From: a virus
Lineage: Duplodnaviria > Heunggongvirae > Uroviricota > Caudoviricetes
Direction: 5' to 3' (one strand)
Length of the DNA: 17,672 nucleotides
Virus record (IMG/VR): IMGVR_UViG_2529292998_000008
The translations under genes were made by a program, and so were the position numbers. The notes under the pieces were generated by a model. That model made no database searches. It had not been told where the DNA came from and worked only from the letters and a program-made list of their open reading frames with translations. Below are positions 1-7,973 of the stretch, in pieces (positions within the stretch are counted from its first letter, which is position 1; the number at the start of each line of letters is the position of its first letter).

Positions 1-171
1 GCCACGGTTACTCCGAAACTGAATGGAGTGGCTGGCCCGGCATTCCAGGTCATAAAAGACAGTCTGACACTGGGGCTGAATGCGCTGACGTTAACTGATA
101 TCACTAAAAATGCCGCGTACGGCGTCGATATCGGCAGCCTGGTGCTGGAAATCAATAATCCCGCAGCATAA
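1..171 (+). CDS. 3' end of an upstream phage gene (partial, function unknown; possibly lysis-module by synteny)
   Basis: Frame 1 is open from the window start to TAA at 169-171 (…GSLVLEINNPAA*); not in the ORF track because no start lies in the window. Confidence 0.3.
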   Translation, partial: ATVTPKLNGVAGPAFQVIKDSLTLGLNALTLTDITKNAAYGVDIGSLVLEINNPAA

Positions 172-194
172 GGAAGAGCAGGAGAGCAAAACAG

Positions 195-662
195 ATGCTT
201 AAGACAAACAGTCTGCGAGAGTCCATGCTTCATGGGTGTCGGTGGTGCCAGGCTAATCCCGAGAAATTCACCATTTTCGTGGAGAGCGGCAACATTGAAA
301 CGACCGGAGAAGCGCCCTCGTTTGTTTACCGCTATCAGATGGTGATGTTTGTCATGGATTACGCCGGAGAGCTGGACGACCTCACGCTGCCGCTGCTGGC
401 GTGGTTATCCGAAAATCAGCCACAGTTGTTGCTCAATCCGGAGCGTAATCAGGACATCAAATTTTCTGCCGTTATCAATGACGATGACAGCGCCGATCTC
501 CTGTTTACGCTCCCCCTGCGGGAACGCGTTCGCATCACGCGCAACAGTCAGGGCACACCGCAGGCAGAACACCTGCCGGAGCCAAAACCCCGTCTGCCCT
601 CTTCCGAAGGCGACTGGTCGCATGTATTCCAGGATGTGACGTGGGGTGAAAGCGATGGATAA
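195..662 (+). CDS. R: Tail completion protein, P2 gpR-like
   Basis: 155 aa ORF; AGGAG-like RBS upstream of ATG 195; position immediately upstream of the S/V/W/J block; size matches P2 gpR. Confidence 0.7.
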   Translation: MLKTNSLRESMLHGCRWCQANPEKFTIFVESGNIETTGEAPSFVYRYQMVMFVMDYAGELDDLTLPLLAWLSENQPQLLLNPERNQDIKFSAVINDDDSADLLFTLPLRERVRITRNSQGTPQAEHLPEPKPRLPSSEGDWSHVFQDVTWGESDG

Positions 663-1290
663 GGCATTCACCAGCGTGGATGAAACCTTTGAGGCTATCC
701 GCGACAGCCTGAATCAGCAGGCCATCAATAACATCGCCAGAAAGCTGGCACAGGATTTACGTCGCGCCCAGCAGGCACGTATCCGATCACAAAAAGCGCC
801 GGACGGGACCGAATGGACACCACGCAGACGCCGCGTAACCCGGATACAGGAGCGCATTCGCTTTATCTGGAATAACGAAGCACGCACGCTGAAAAACTGG
901 CATCACGACACGGGGAAATACGGGCGAACCATTACCGGGTGGGATGAGGATAAAAACAATATCCGCACGTTTTACCGGGATGACATCGACCGTTTTCTGG
1001 AAATACGCACCCGGCGCATCAACCAGGACAGCACAAAGCGCGTCCCCATGTTTGTAAAACTGCGCACCGCCCGCTACCTGAAAGCCCGTGCAGATGCTTC
1101 CGGTGTGACGGTGGGTTACAGCGGCGTGGCCGCACGTATTGCCCGCGTTCATCAGTTCGGTGAGCGCGATCAGGTTGCGCCGGGCATTTTCACCGATTAC
1201 CCGGTACGTGAGCTGCTGGGTATCAGCCAGGCAGATGAGCGCCTGATTTATAACACGGTGCTGGGCCGGATTGCGGAGGCTGTACGGTGA
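646..1290 (+). CDS. S: Virion morphogenesis / tail completion protein, P2 gpS-like
   Basis: 214 aa ORF overlapping R by 17 nt (translational coupling); synteny R-S-V. Confidence 0.7.
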   Translation: MKAMDKAFTSVDETFEAIRDSLNQQAINNIARKLAQDLRRAQQARIRSQKAPDGTEWTPRRRRVTRIQERIRFIWNNEARTLKNWHHDTGKYGRTITGWDEDKNNIRTFYRDDIDRFLEIRTRRINQDSTKRVPMFVKLRTARYLKARADASGVTVGYSGVAARIARVHQFGERDQVAPGIFTDYPVRELLGISQADERLIYNTVLGRIAEAVR

Positions 1291-1868
1291 GCGCAGAACT
1301 CATGCGACTGCTGAGCAATATCATCCGCACCGGGATCATCTCTGAAGTTGATGAGAAGTCCTGGCGCGTGCGCGTTCGCAGCGGCGAACTGGAAACAGGC
1401 TGGCTGCGCTGGAACACCACGCGCGCGGGAGCCTTCAATGTGTGGCTGCCGCCATCACCAGGCGAACAGGTGGTAATTGCCTGCATTGGCGGCAACCCGG
1501 AAACCGCCATGATAATTGGCAGCCTGTGGAGTGATGCCAGTCCGGCCCCCGGCAAAAGCCTGAAAGAAATCGTGATCAGCGCGCCGGACGGCGCGGTGTT
1601 CCGCTACGACGCAGACGCTGGCGCACTGAGCGCCAGCGGCATGAAAACGGCCACTTTACAGGCATCCGTCAGCGTGAAACTGGACACGCCCGTCGTGGAA
1701 TGCACAAACCTTCTGAGAACGGCGACGCTTGACGTCACAAAAGGAGGAAAGATGAGCGGCAATATCACGCACAGCGGCGGCAACTTCACCTCAAACGGCA
1801 TCACAGTGCATACGCATAAACACGGTGGCGTGAAAGGCGGCAGCGATTCGACAGGAGGCCCGCAGTGA
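1287..1868 (+). CDS. V: Baseplate assembly protein V (spike), P2 gpV-like
   Basis: 193 aa; ATGA-type overlap with S stop; synteny and size typical of gpV. Confidence 0.75.
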   Translation: MSAELMRLLSNIIRTGIISEVDEKSWRVRVRSGELETGWLRWNTTRAGAFNVWLPPSPGEQVVIACIGGNPETAMIIGSLWSDASPAPGKSLKEIVISAPDGAVFRYDADAGALSASGMKTATLQASVSVKLDTPVVECTNLLRTATLDVTKGGKMSGNITHSGGNFTSNGITVHTHKHGGVKGGSDSTGGPQ

Positions 1869-2215
1869 CAACCCGCTACACAGGAATGAATCCGGACGGG
1901 ACGGGAAACCTGAACGATATGGAGCACCTGAAACAGTCAGTCAGGGATATCCTGATCACCCCGCTGGCAAGCCGGGTTATGCGACGGGAATATGGCAGCC
2001 TTGTGCCTGATTTGATTGACGAACCCATGAATAACACAACTCGTCTGCAATGCATGAGTGCTGCCGTGATTGCGCTGACACGATGGGAACCCCGCATTGC
2101 CCTGGACGCCATCGACGTTGTCTGGAAGGCAGGAGGCCGCGCCGGGGTGACGCTGTCGGGCACTGTCATGCAGACCATGCAGAATGTTGAATTAACCATC
2201 ACGCTGAGAGAGTAA
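1865..2215 (+). CDS. W: Baseplate wedge protein W (gp25-like)
   Basis: 116 aa, overlaps V stop; size and position match P2 gpW. Confidence 0.8.
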   Translation: MTTRYTGMNPDGTGNLNDMEHLKQSVRDILITPLASRVMRREYGSLVPDLIDEPMNNTTRLQCMSAAVIALTRWEPRIALDAIDVVWKAGGRAGVTLSGTVMQTMQNVELTITLRE

Positions 2216-2218
2216 ATC

Positions 2219-3115
2219 ATGCCTGCTGTTGACCTTTCCCAGTTACCGGAACCCGCCATCATCGCGAAGCCTGATTTTGAGGCAATTCTGGCTGACACAA
2301 AGGCCATGATGATTGCGTCCTATCCTGCCGAACAGCGTGAAGCCGTCTCCGCCGCGCTGGAGCTGGAATCGGAACCCCTGAACGTTATCGCTCAAACCAT
2401 GTCTTTTCGTGAAATGCTGTTACGCCAGCGGGTTAACGAGGGCGCACGCGCCTGCATGTTAAGCCACGGTTCAGGGACAAACCTGGACAACCTCGCGGGC
2501 AATATGAACACAAAGCGCCTGGTTATCACTCCGGCAACGGATACCACCGACGCGGTGATGGAGAGCGACACCTCGCTGAGATTGCGGGCGCAACGGGCGT
2601 ATGACGGCCTGAGTGTTGCTGGCCCGTCAGGTGCATACGAGTATTTTGCACGCAGCGCCAGCGGTCTGGTGCGTGATGCGCGGGCCATCAGCCCGTCTCC
2701 GGCCTGTGTGACGGTTTCCATCCTGTCCACTGAAGGCGACGGCACAGCAACGGAGGCGTTGCTTAATACCGTTCGCGCCGTTCTGAATGCAGAGGATACC
2801 CGCCCGGTGGCCGACCGCCTGACCGTACAGAGCGCCAGAATCGTGACATGGCGGCTGAATGCAAAACTGTACTTTTACCCCGGCCCGGAATCCGAACCTA
2901 TTCTGGCCGCGGCTGAATCGTCGTTCAGGAAGTGGCTGGCTGAGCAGGGGCTTATCGGTCAGGACGTGGCGTTGTCCGCCATTGCTGCCGCACTGCATGT
3001 GCACGGTGTGCAACGCGTGGAGATAATCGAACCCACACAGAATATGGCCATCAGCGACATACAGGCGGCGCGCTGTGAGTCATTCACCATCAGCGAAGGT
3101 GGACGCAATGAGTAA
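2219..3115 (+). CDS. J: Baseplate protein J
   Basis: 298 aa (P2 gpJ about 300 aa); follows W by 3 nt. Confidence 0.8.
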   Translation: MPAVDLSQLPEPAIIAKPDFEAILADTKAMMIASYPAEQREAVSAALELESEPLNVIAQTMSFREMLLRQRVNEGARACMLSHGSGTNLDNLAGNMNTKRLVITPATDTTDAVMESDTSLRLRAQRAYDGLSVAGPSGAYEYFARSASGLVRDARAISPSPACVTVSILSTEGDGTATEALLNTVRAVLNAEDTRPVADRLTVQSARIVTWRLNAKLYFYPGPESEPILAAAESSFRKWLAEQGLIGQDVALSAIAAALHVHGVQRVEIIEPTQNMAISDIQAARCESFTISEGGRNE

Positions 3116-3716
3116 TTCGTTGTTACCACCATCAGCCAGCAATTTCATGCGTTGTGCCGAAGCCGTCGGAACACGCATTACAGACATTCCGGTAGACCTC
3201 AACACGCTGTGGTCGCCGGACACCTGCCCGGTGCATCTGCTGCCTTATCTCGCCTGGGCGTTTTCCGTTGACCGCTGGGATCGCAACTGGCCGGAAGAGA
3301 CAAAGCGACAGGTGATTCGTGATGCATGGCTGATACACCGACACAAAGGGACCATCAGCGCACTGCGAAGAGCCGTGGAGCCTCTCGGCTACCTGATTGA
3401 AGTAAAGGAGTGGTGGCAACTCAACGAGGAGCCGGGAACATTTCGCATTGTTGTCGGAGTACTTGATCAGGGCATCACCGATGAAATGCATCAGGAACTT
3501 GAGCGCCTTATTGCGGATGCAAAACCAGTAAGTCGCCATCTGACGGGGCTGGCGATCAGCCTGAGTGTGAACGGAAAGATTTTCGTTGGTACGGGATGCT
3601 ATCACGGCGATGCCCTGACGGTTTATCCCTACACCCCGGAGTCCATTATTGTCGAAGGGGACTATTTCCCTGCCCCGGCCATTCATTTAATTGATAATCT
3701 GAGAGTAAACGCATGA
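3108..3716 (+). CDS. I: Baseplate / tail-fiber-attachment protein I
   Basis: ATG at 3108 with AAGGTGGA RBS, overlapping J stop; the ORF track's 3075 start is a GTG extension; stop overlaps H start (ATGA). Confidence 0.75.
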   Translation: MSNSLLPPSASNFMRCAEAVGTRITDIPVDLNTLWSPDTCPVHLLPYLAWAFSVDRWDRNWPEETKRQVIRDAWLIHRHKGTISALRRAVEPLGYLIEVKEWWQLNEEPGTFRIVVGVLDQGITDEMHQELERLIADAKPVSRHLTGLAISLSVNGKIFVGTGCYHGDALTVYPYTPESIIVEGDYFPAPAIHLIDNLRVNA

Positions 3717-5383
3717 CAGTGAAATACTACGCTATTCTGACTAATCAGGGCGCGGCACGACTGGCTAACGCGACGATGCTCGGCAGTAAACTGAATCTGA
3801 CGCAAATGGCCGTTGGTGATGCAAATGGTGTGTTACCAACACCAGACCCTGCACAAACAAAACTGATTAACCAGAAACGCATTGCACCGCTGAATCTTCT
3901 GAGTGTTGACCCTAACAATCAGAGCCAGATTATTGCGGAGCAAATCATCCCTGAAAACGAGGGAGGATTCTGGATCCGTGAGATTGGTCTTTATGATGAT
4001 GAAGGTGCACTCATTGCGGTGGCAAACTGCCCGGAAACGTACAAACCGCAGTTGCAGGAAGGCAGTGGACGCACCCAGACTATCCGCATGATTCTGGTTG
4101 TCACGAACACCGAAGCCATCACGCTGAAAATCGACCCGTCTGTGGTTCTGGCAACCCGCAAATATGTGGATGATAAAATATCAGAGCACGAACAATCACG
4201 ACGTCACCCGGACGCCTCGCTGACCGTAAAAGGTTTTACTCAGTTAAGCAGTGCAATTAACAGTGAATCAGAAACACTGGCCGCAACACCGAAAGCGGTT
4301 AAGGCTGCATATGACCTGGCTAACGGGAAATATACCGCCCAGAACGCCACCACTACACAAAAAGGGATTGTTCAGCTCAGTAGCGCCACGAACAGCACGT
4401 CTGAAACGCTGGCAGCGACACCAAAAGCTGTTAAGGCGGTAATGGATGAAACGAACAAGAAAGCACCATTAAACAGCCCGGCACTGACCGGAACGCCAAC
4501 AACACCAACAGCGCCACAGGGGGCTAATAGTACCCAGATCGCAAGCACGGCTTTCGTTATGGCCGCGATTGCCGCACTTGTAGATTCGTCACCTGATGCA
4601 CTGAACACGCTGAACGAACTGGCTGCGGCGCTGGGCAATGACCCGAATTTTGCGACCACCATGACTAACGCGCTTGCGGGTAAGCAACCGAAGAATGCCA
4701 CCCTGACGGCGCTGGCGAAGCTTGCTACATCAGCAGATAAACTCCCATATTTTACAGGGGCAGATCGTGCCGCGTTAACCGCGTTGACAAGTGTTGGACG
4801 TGCCATTCTTGGTAAAACCAGCACTCAGGGAGTTCTTGATTACCTTGGTTTGGGGGAAGGCTCTGCACTGCCCGTTGGTGTACCTGTTCCGTGGCCCTCA
4901 GCCACTCCACCAACGGGCTGGCTGAAATGCAACGGCGCAGCATTTTCTCCTGAAGATTACCCCAAACTGGCACAGGCTTACCCCGCGAACAAATTACCGG
5001 ATCTACGGGGTGAATTTATCCGTGGCTGGGATGATGGACGTGGCTTGGATGCTGGGCGTGCCTTGCTAAGTCTTCAGGATGACTCTTTTGAAGCGCACAG
5101 GCATGAGTCCTTTTTTTATGCGGGTATTTCACGTAATGAGATCCCATTAAAAAATCTTCCAAGTTCAGACGAGATGCTGACTTTAAGTTCCACAACTAAT
5201 GCCTTGTCCCCGGACGATATTGATGCCACCAACTCGTTAATTGGTAATGACGATTACAACTGTCTTATCGAAGGGAATAAAAATAACAAACGAACAGCGA
5301 CAGGACTGAGTACCAGTATTGTCGGCACAGCAGAAACACGCCCCCGCAACGTTGCATTCAATTACATCGTAAGAGCCGCATGA
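3713..5383 (+). CDS. H: Tail fiber protein H: constant N-terminal part fused in the current orientation to C-terminal cassette C1
   Basis: 556 aa; N-terminus typical of P2 H / Mu S tail fibers; contains two SETLAATPKAVK-type fiber repeats; the C-terminal ~180 aa (from ~4847) is homologous to four downstream cassettes. Confidence 0.9.
   Translation: MTVKYYAILTNQGAARLANATMLGSKLNLTQMAVGDANGVLPTPDPAQTKLINQKRIAPLNLLSVDPNNQSQIIAEQIIPENEGGFWIREIGLYDDEGALIAVANCPETYKPQLQEGSGRTQTIRMILVVTNTEAITLKIDPSVVLATRKYVDDKISEHEQSRRHPDASLTVKGFTQLSSAINSESETLAATPKAVKAAYDLANGKYTAQNATTTQKGIVQLSSATNSTSETLAATPKAVKAVMDETNKKAPLNSPALTGTPTTPTAPQGANSTQIASTAFVMAAIAALVDSSPDALNTLNELAAALGNDPNFATTMTNALAGKQPKNATLTALAKLATSADKLPYFTGADRAALTALTSVGRAILGKTSTQGVLDYLGLGEGSALPVGVPVPWPSATPPTGWLKCNGAAFSPEDYPKLAQAYPANKLPDLRGEFIRGWDDGRGLDAGRALLSLQDDSFEAHRHESFFYAGISRNEIPLKNLPSSDEMLTLSSTTNALSPDDIDATNSLIGNDDYNCLIEGNKNNKRTATGLSTSIVGTAETRPRNVAFNYIVRAA
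4228..4450 (+). repeat. Two copies of a ~29-aa phage tail fibre repeat inside H (…SSA.NS.SETLAATPKAVKA…)
   Basis: Near-identical peptide and nucleotide blocks at ~4228-4314 and ~4361-4450. Confidence 0.7.
4833..4858 (+). repeat. Candidate crossover site s1 (hix/gix-like, H constant/variable junction)
   Basis: On the opposite strand reads CCTTCCCCCAAACC-AA-GGTAATC, resembling the AAACC-NN-GGTTT core of Hin-family sites; start of the ~210-bp block shared by all cassettes. Confidence 0.55.
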
Positions 5384-5402
5384 AAACGTTGGTTTGGGGA
5401 AA
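5377..5402 (+). repeat. Candidate crossover site s2
   Basis: GCATGAAAACG-TT-GGTTTGGGG at the C1 stop / C2 junction; direct orientation relative to s1. Confidence 0.55.
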
Positions 5403-5822
5403 GGCTCTGCGCTGCCCGTTGGTGTGCCCGTTCCGTGGTCCTCAGCAACACCACCAACGGGCTGGCTGAAATGTAACGGCGCAGCATTTTCTTCTGAAAT
5501 GTATCCCGGACTGGCAAAGGCTTACCCCACCAATAAATTACCGGATTTACGGGGTGAATTTATCCGTGGCTGGGATGATGGGCGCGGGATTGATGCGGGA
5601 CGTACCCTGCTTTCAGGGCAGGATGGTACAAGTTTTTCTCATTACGGAGGTAATTTCGACATTGGGTCTGGTCATTCAATCAATAACTATGACCAAATTG
5701 TTTCTAACCAACCAAGCTTTTCCCGTTTTTCATTTGCAGGACCTTCACGAGGTGATGGGGTCAATTATGTAACCATTCGTCCTCGTAATATTGCGTTTAA
5801 TTACATCGTAAGGGCAGCATGA
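5394..5822 (+). CDS. Silent tail fiber C-terminal cassette C2 (no ATG; expressible only after fusion to H)
   Basis: 142-codon frame beginning GKGSALPVGVPVPW…, ending RPRNIAFNYIVRAA*; conserved ~70-aa N-part, unique middle. Confidence 0.65.
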   Translation: MGKGSALPVGVPVPWSSATPPTGWLKCNGAAFSSEMYPGLAKAYPTNKLPDLRGEFIRGWDDGRGIDAGRTLLSGQDGTSFSHYGGNFDIGSGHSINNYDQIVSNQPSFSRFSFAGPSRGDGVNYVTIRPRNIAFNYIVRAA

Positions 5823-5841
5823 AAACGTTGGTTTGGGGGAA
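5816..5841 (+). repeat. Candidate crossover site s3
   Basis: Same GCATGAAAACG-TT-GGTTTGGGGG junction sequence between C2 and C3. Confidence 0.55.
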
Positions 5842-6309
5842 GGCTCTGCACTGCCCGTTGGTGTGCCTGTTCCATGGCCCTTAGCAACACCACCAACGGG
5901 CTGGCTGAAATGTAACGGTGCAGCATTTTCTTCTGAAATGTACCCCAAACTGGCAAAAGCCTACCCCACTAATAAATTACCGGATTTACGCGGAGAATTT
6001 ATCCGTGGCTGGGATGATGGGCGAGGAATTGATGCGGCACGCGCTTTATTGAGCATTCAAAACGGGATGTTGGAAAAACACCGCCATATTGTTGTAGCTA
6101 ACGATGGATATGACACAAAAGATGAATGGGAGTTGGCTACGATTTTCAAAAAAACATATACACAAGGCAGGGGGCTTGATGCCACAAATACAGGAGGGAG
6201 TTTGATTCCATCACCAACGCTTCATTCACGAGGAAGTATTGGTAACACAGGTGGTAGTGAAACCCGCCCCCGCAATATTGCATTTAACTATATCGTGAGG
6301 GCGGCTTAG
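5833..6309 (+). CDS. Silent tail fiber C-terminal cassette C3
   Basis: 158-codon frame GEGSALPVGVPVPWPLATPPTGWLKCNGAAF… ending …NIAFNYIVRAA*; no ATG start. Confidence 0.65.
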   Translation: MGEGSALPVGVPVPWPLATPPTGWLKCNGAAFSSEMYPKLAKAYPTNKLPDLRGEFIRGWDDGRGIDAARALLSIQNGMLEKHRHIVVANDGYDTKDEWELATIFKKTYTQGRGLDATNTGGSLIPSPTLHSRGSIGNTGGSETRPRNIAFNYIVRAA

Positions 6310-6315
6310 TTATAT

Positions 6316-6927
6316 TCAACTGGCTGCTGCCAGTGGTATTTCCGGCAAGTTGATATCTGGTACCATGTTTATATCCATTGCGTTCAGCGCGTCTATATAA
6401 TCCAGCACGGCATTAAGCCGGGTGGTTTCTGCCTGCGTCAACTTCCGCCCGGCCTGCAACTTCAACTGAATCAGACTTATGGAAGCCATTGCCGCATCAG
6501 CCAGTGACTGGCGCTTGGTTTCTGCCGCTTCTACTGCGGCACGATGTTGTGCCTCAGTATCTGTCACCCATTTTTCACCATCCCATTTATCGTATGGTGT
6601 TAACGGGGCGATAGTGGTTGTAGTTTTCGGGTAGTCACCCAGCGCCGTGATTTCTTCGGTGTTTCCCGTGTCAGTGCTATAGACGGTTTCACCACGATGG
6701 TCTGGCGCATACTCCCATGAACTTAAATTCTCCGAACGGCGGATAGCATAGCCCGCTTTATGTGCGCCCGGGGCATCTAAACAGGAATTTGCCGGAATAC
6801 CGACACCCACAGCAAGATATTCAGTTGATTCGGAAATATATTCCCGTGTCTCACCATCATAGTTATAAACGACGATGTTTCCTGCCTGTACGGCAATAAG
6901 GTCATCATTTAATATCGCGTTATTCAT
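6316..6927 (-). CDS. Tail fiber assembly chaperone (Tfa; Mu U / P2 G / TfaE family)
   Basis: 203 aa; C-terminal half recognisably similar to E. coli TfaE (…DHRGxTVY…KWNG/DGxxWVxDTEA…); start ATG overlaps the stop of cassette B (TAATG). Confidence 0.8.
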   Translation of the reverse strand: MNNAILNDDLIAVQAGNIVVYNYDGETREYISESTEYLAVGVGIPANSCLDAPGAHKAGYAIRRSENLSSWEYAPDHRGETVYSTDTGNTEEITALGDYPKTTTTIAPLTPYDKWDGEKWVTDTEAQHRAAVEAAETKRQSLADAAMASISLIQLKLQAGRKLTQAETTRLNAVLDYIDALNAMDINMVPDINLPEIPLAAAS

Positions 6928-7385
6928 TATGCGGTTCTCACAATATAATTGAAGGCAATATTGCGTGGGCGGTTTTCATTCCCATCTGAGGATTCCGTTC
7001 TGTATTGACTGGTAAATCTACCGTTAATTGCACCTTGCCGGACGGCGTTATCTGTCGACAACAGACTATCCCCTCTTTTGTCATTTGGCACCAGTACCGT
7101 GTTATCCCACGCATCCCATGACCGAATATTATGATAATGACTTCCTGTTAACCACCCCTGCATGCTTAAGATGCCCCTTCCGGCATCCACCCCGCGCCCA
7201 TCATCCCAGCCACGGATAAACTCACCGCGTAAATCAGGTAATTTTAACGTTGGGTAAACCTTTGCCAGATTTGGGTACATTTCAGAAGAAAATGCTGCAC
7301 CGTTACATTTCAGCCAGCCCGTTGGTGGTGTGGCTGAGGGCCATGGAACAGGCACACCAACGGGCAGTGCAGAGCCTTCCCCCAA
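6927..7385 (-). CDS. Tail fiber C-terminal cassette B (inverted orientation, translationally coupled to tfa)
   Basis: 152-codon frame GEGSALPVGVPVPWPSATPPTGWLKCNGAAF… ending …NIAFNYIVRTA*. Confidence 0.65.
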   Translation of the reverse strand: MGEGSALPVGVPVPWPSATPPTGWLKCNGAAFSSEMYPNLAKVYPTLKLPDLRGEFIRGWDDGRGVDAGRGILSMQGWLTGSHYHNIRSWDAWDNTVLVPNDKRGDSLLSTDNAVRQGAINGRFTSQYRTESSDGNENRPRNIAFNYIVRTA

Positions 7386-7402
7386 ACCAACGTTTTCATG
7401 CT
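7377..7402 (-). repeat. Candidate crossover site s4 (inverted relative to s1-s3)
   Basis: Plus strand reads TTCCCCCAAACC-AA-CGTTTTCATGC, the reverse complement of the s2/s3 junction. Confidence 0.55.
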
Positions 7403-7959
7403 GCCCTTACGATGTAATTAAACGCAATGTTGCGTGGGCGGTTTTCGTTTGCAGTTGGAACAATTTTTGAAGCATCAAGGCCAATCACTTTTGGGTAAAC
7501 AGCGCCGTCTGTCCTTTCTGTCACCATACTTCTGACTAAGGAGAAATAACTATTGTTTGTTGAGGAATTTAAAGGCACCACTGCCCCCTTAAACGAGCCT
7601 ACTGATTCCCATATTGAATAATTTTCAGTGTTTACAGTCTTGAACTCACCATAGATATTACGTATGGCATCACCTTGAGCGGATAATATTGTTCTCCCCG
7701 CATCCGCACTACGTCCATCATCCCAGCCACGAATAAATTCACCCCGTAAATCCGGTAATTTATTGGTGGGGTAAGCCTTTGCCAGTCCGGGATACATTTC
7801 AGAAGAAAATGCTGCGCCGTTACATTTCAGCCAGCCCGTTGGTGGTGTTGCTGAGGGCCACGGAACGGGCACACCAACAGGCAGCGCAGAACCTTCCCCC
7901 AAACCAACGTTTTCGTTTTTATCCCTACCTATACCAACTATGTATTTTTCACGAAACAA
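7396..7959 (-). CDS. Tail fiber C-terminal cassette A (inverted orientation, nearest the invertase)
   Basis: Frame …VGLGEGSALPVGVPVPWPSATPP… ending …NIAFNYIVRAA*; the ORF track's N-terminal extension to a TTG at 7959 is probably not translated. Confidence 0.6.
   Translation of the reverse strand: MFREKYIVGIGRDKNENVGLGEGSALPVGVPVPWPSATPPTGWLKCNGAAFSSEMYPGLAKAYPTNKLPDLRGEFIRGWDDGRSADAGRTILSAQGDAIRNIYGEFKTVNTENYSIWESVGSFKGAVVPLNSSTNNSYFSLVRSMVTERTDGAVYPKVIGLDASKIVPTANENRPRNIAFNYIVRAA
7894..7919 (-). repeat. Candidate crossover site s5 (inverted; sits just upstream of the invertase promoter/start)
   Basis: Plus strand CCTTCCCCCAAACC-AA-CGTTTTCGTT at 7894-7919. Confidence 0.55.
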
Positions 7960-7973
7960 AGAGGATGTTTTTT

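Noticed and set aside
3075-3107. Upstream GTG start for gene I, as given in the ORF track.
   Set aside because: The ATG at 3108 has a good Shine-Dalgarno and gives the usual short overlap with the J stop; the GTG extension lies inside J.
5394-5396. TTG start codons assigned by the ORF track to cassettes C2, C3, B and A.
   Set aside because: They fall inside the conserved recombination junction with no RBS; the cassettes are better read as promoterless exons expressed only after fusion to H.
4833-7919. A diversity-generating retroelement acting on the tail fiber C-termini.
   Set aside because: No reverse transcriptase or template repeat is present; variation is carried by discrete cassettes flanked by invertase sites.
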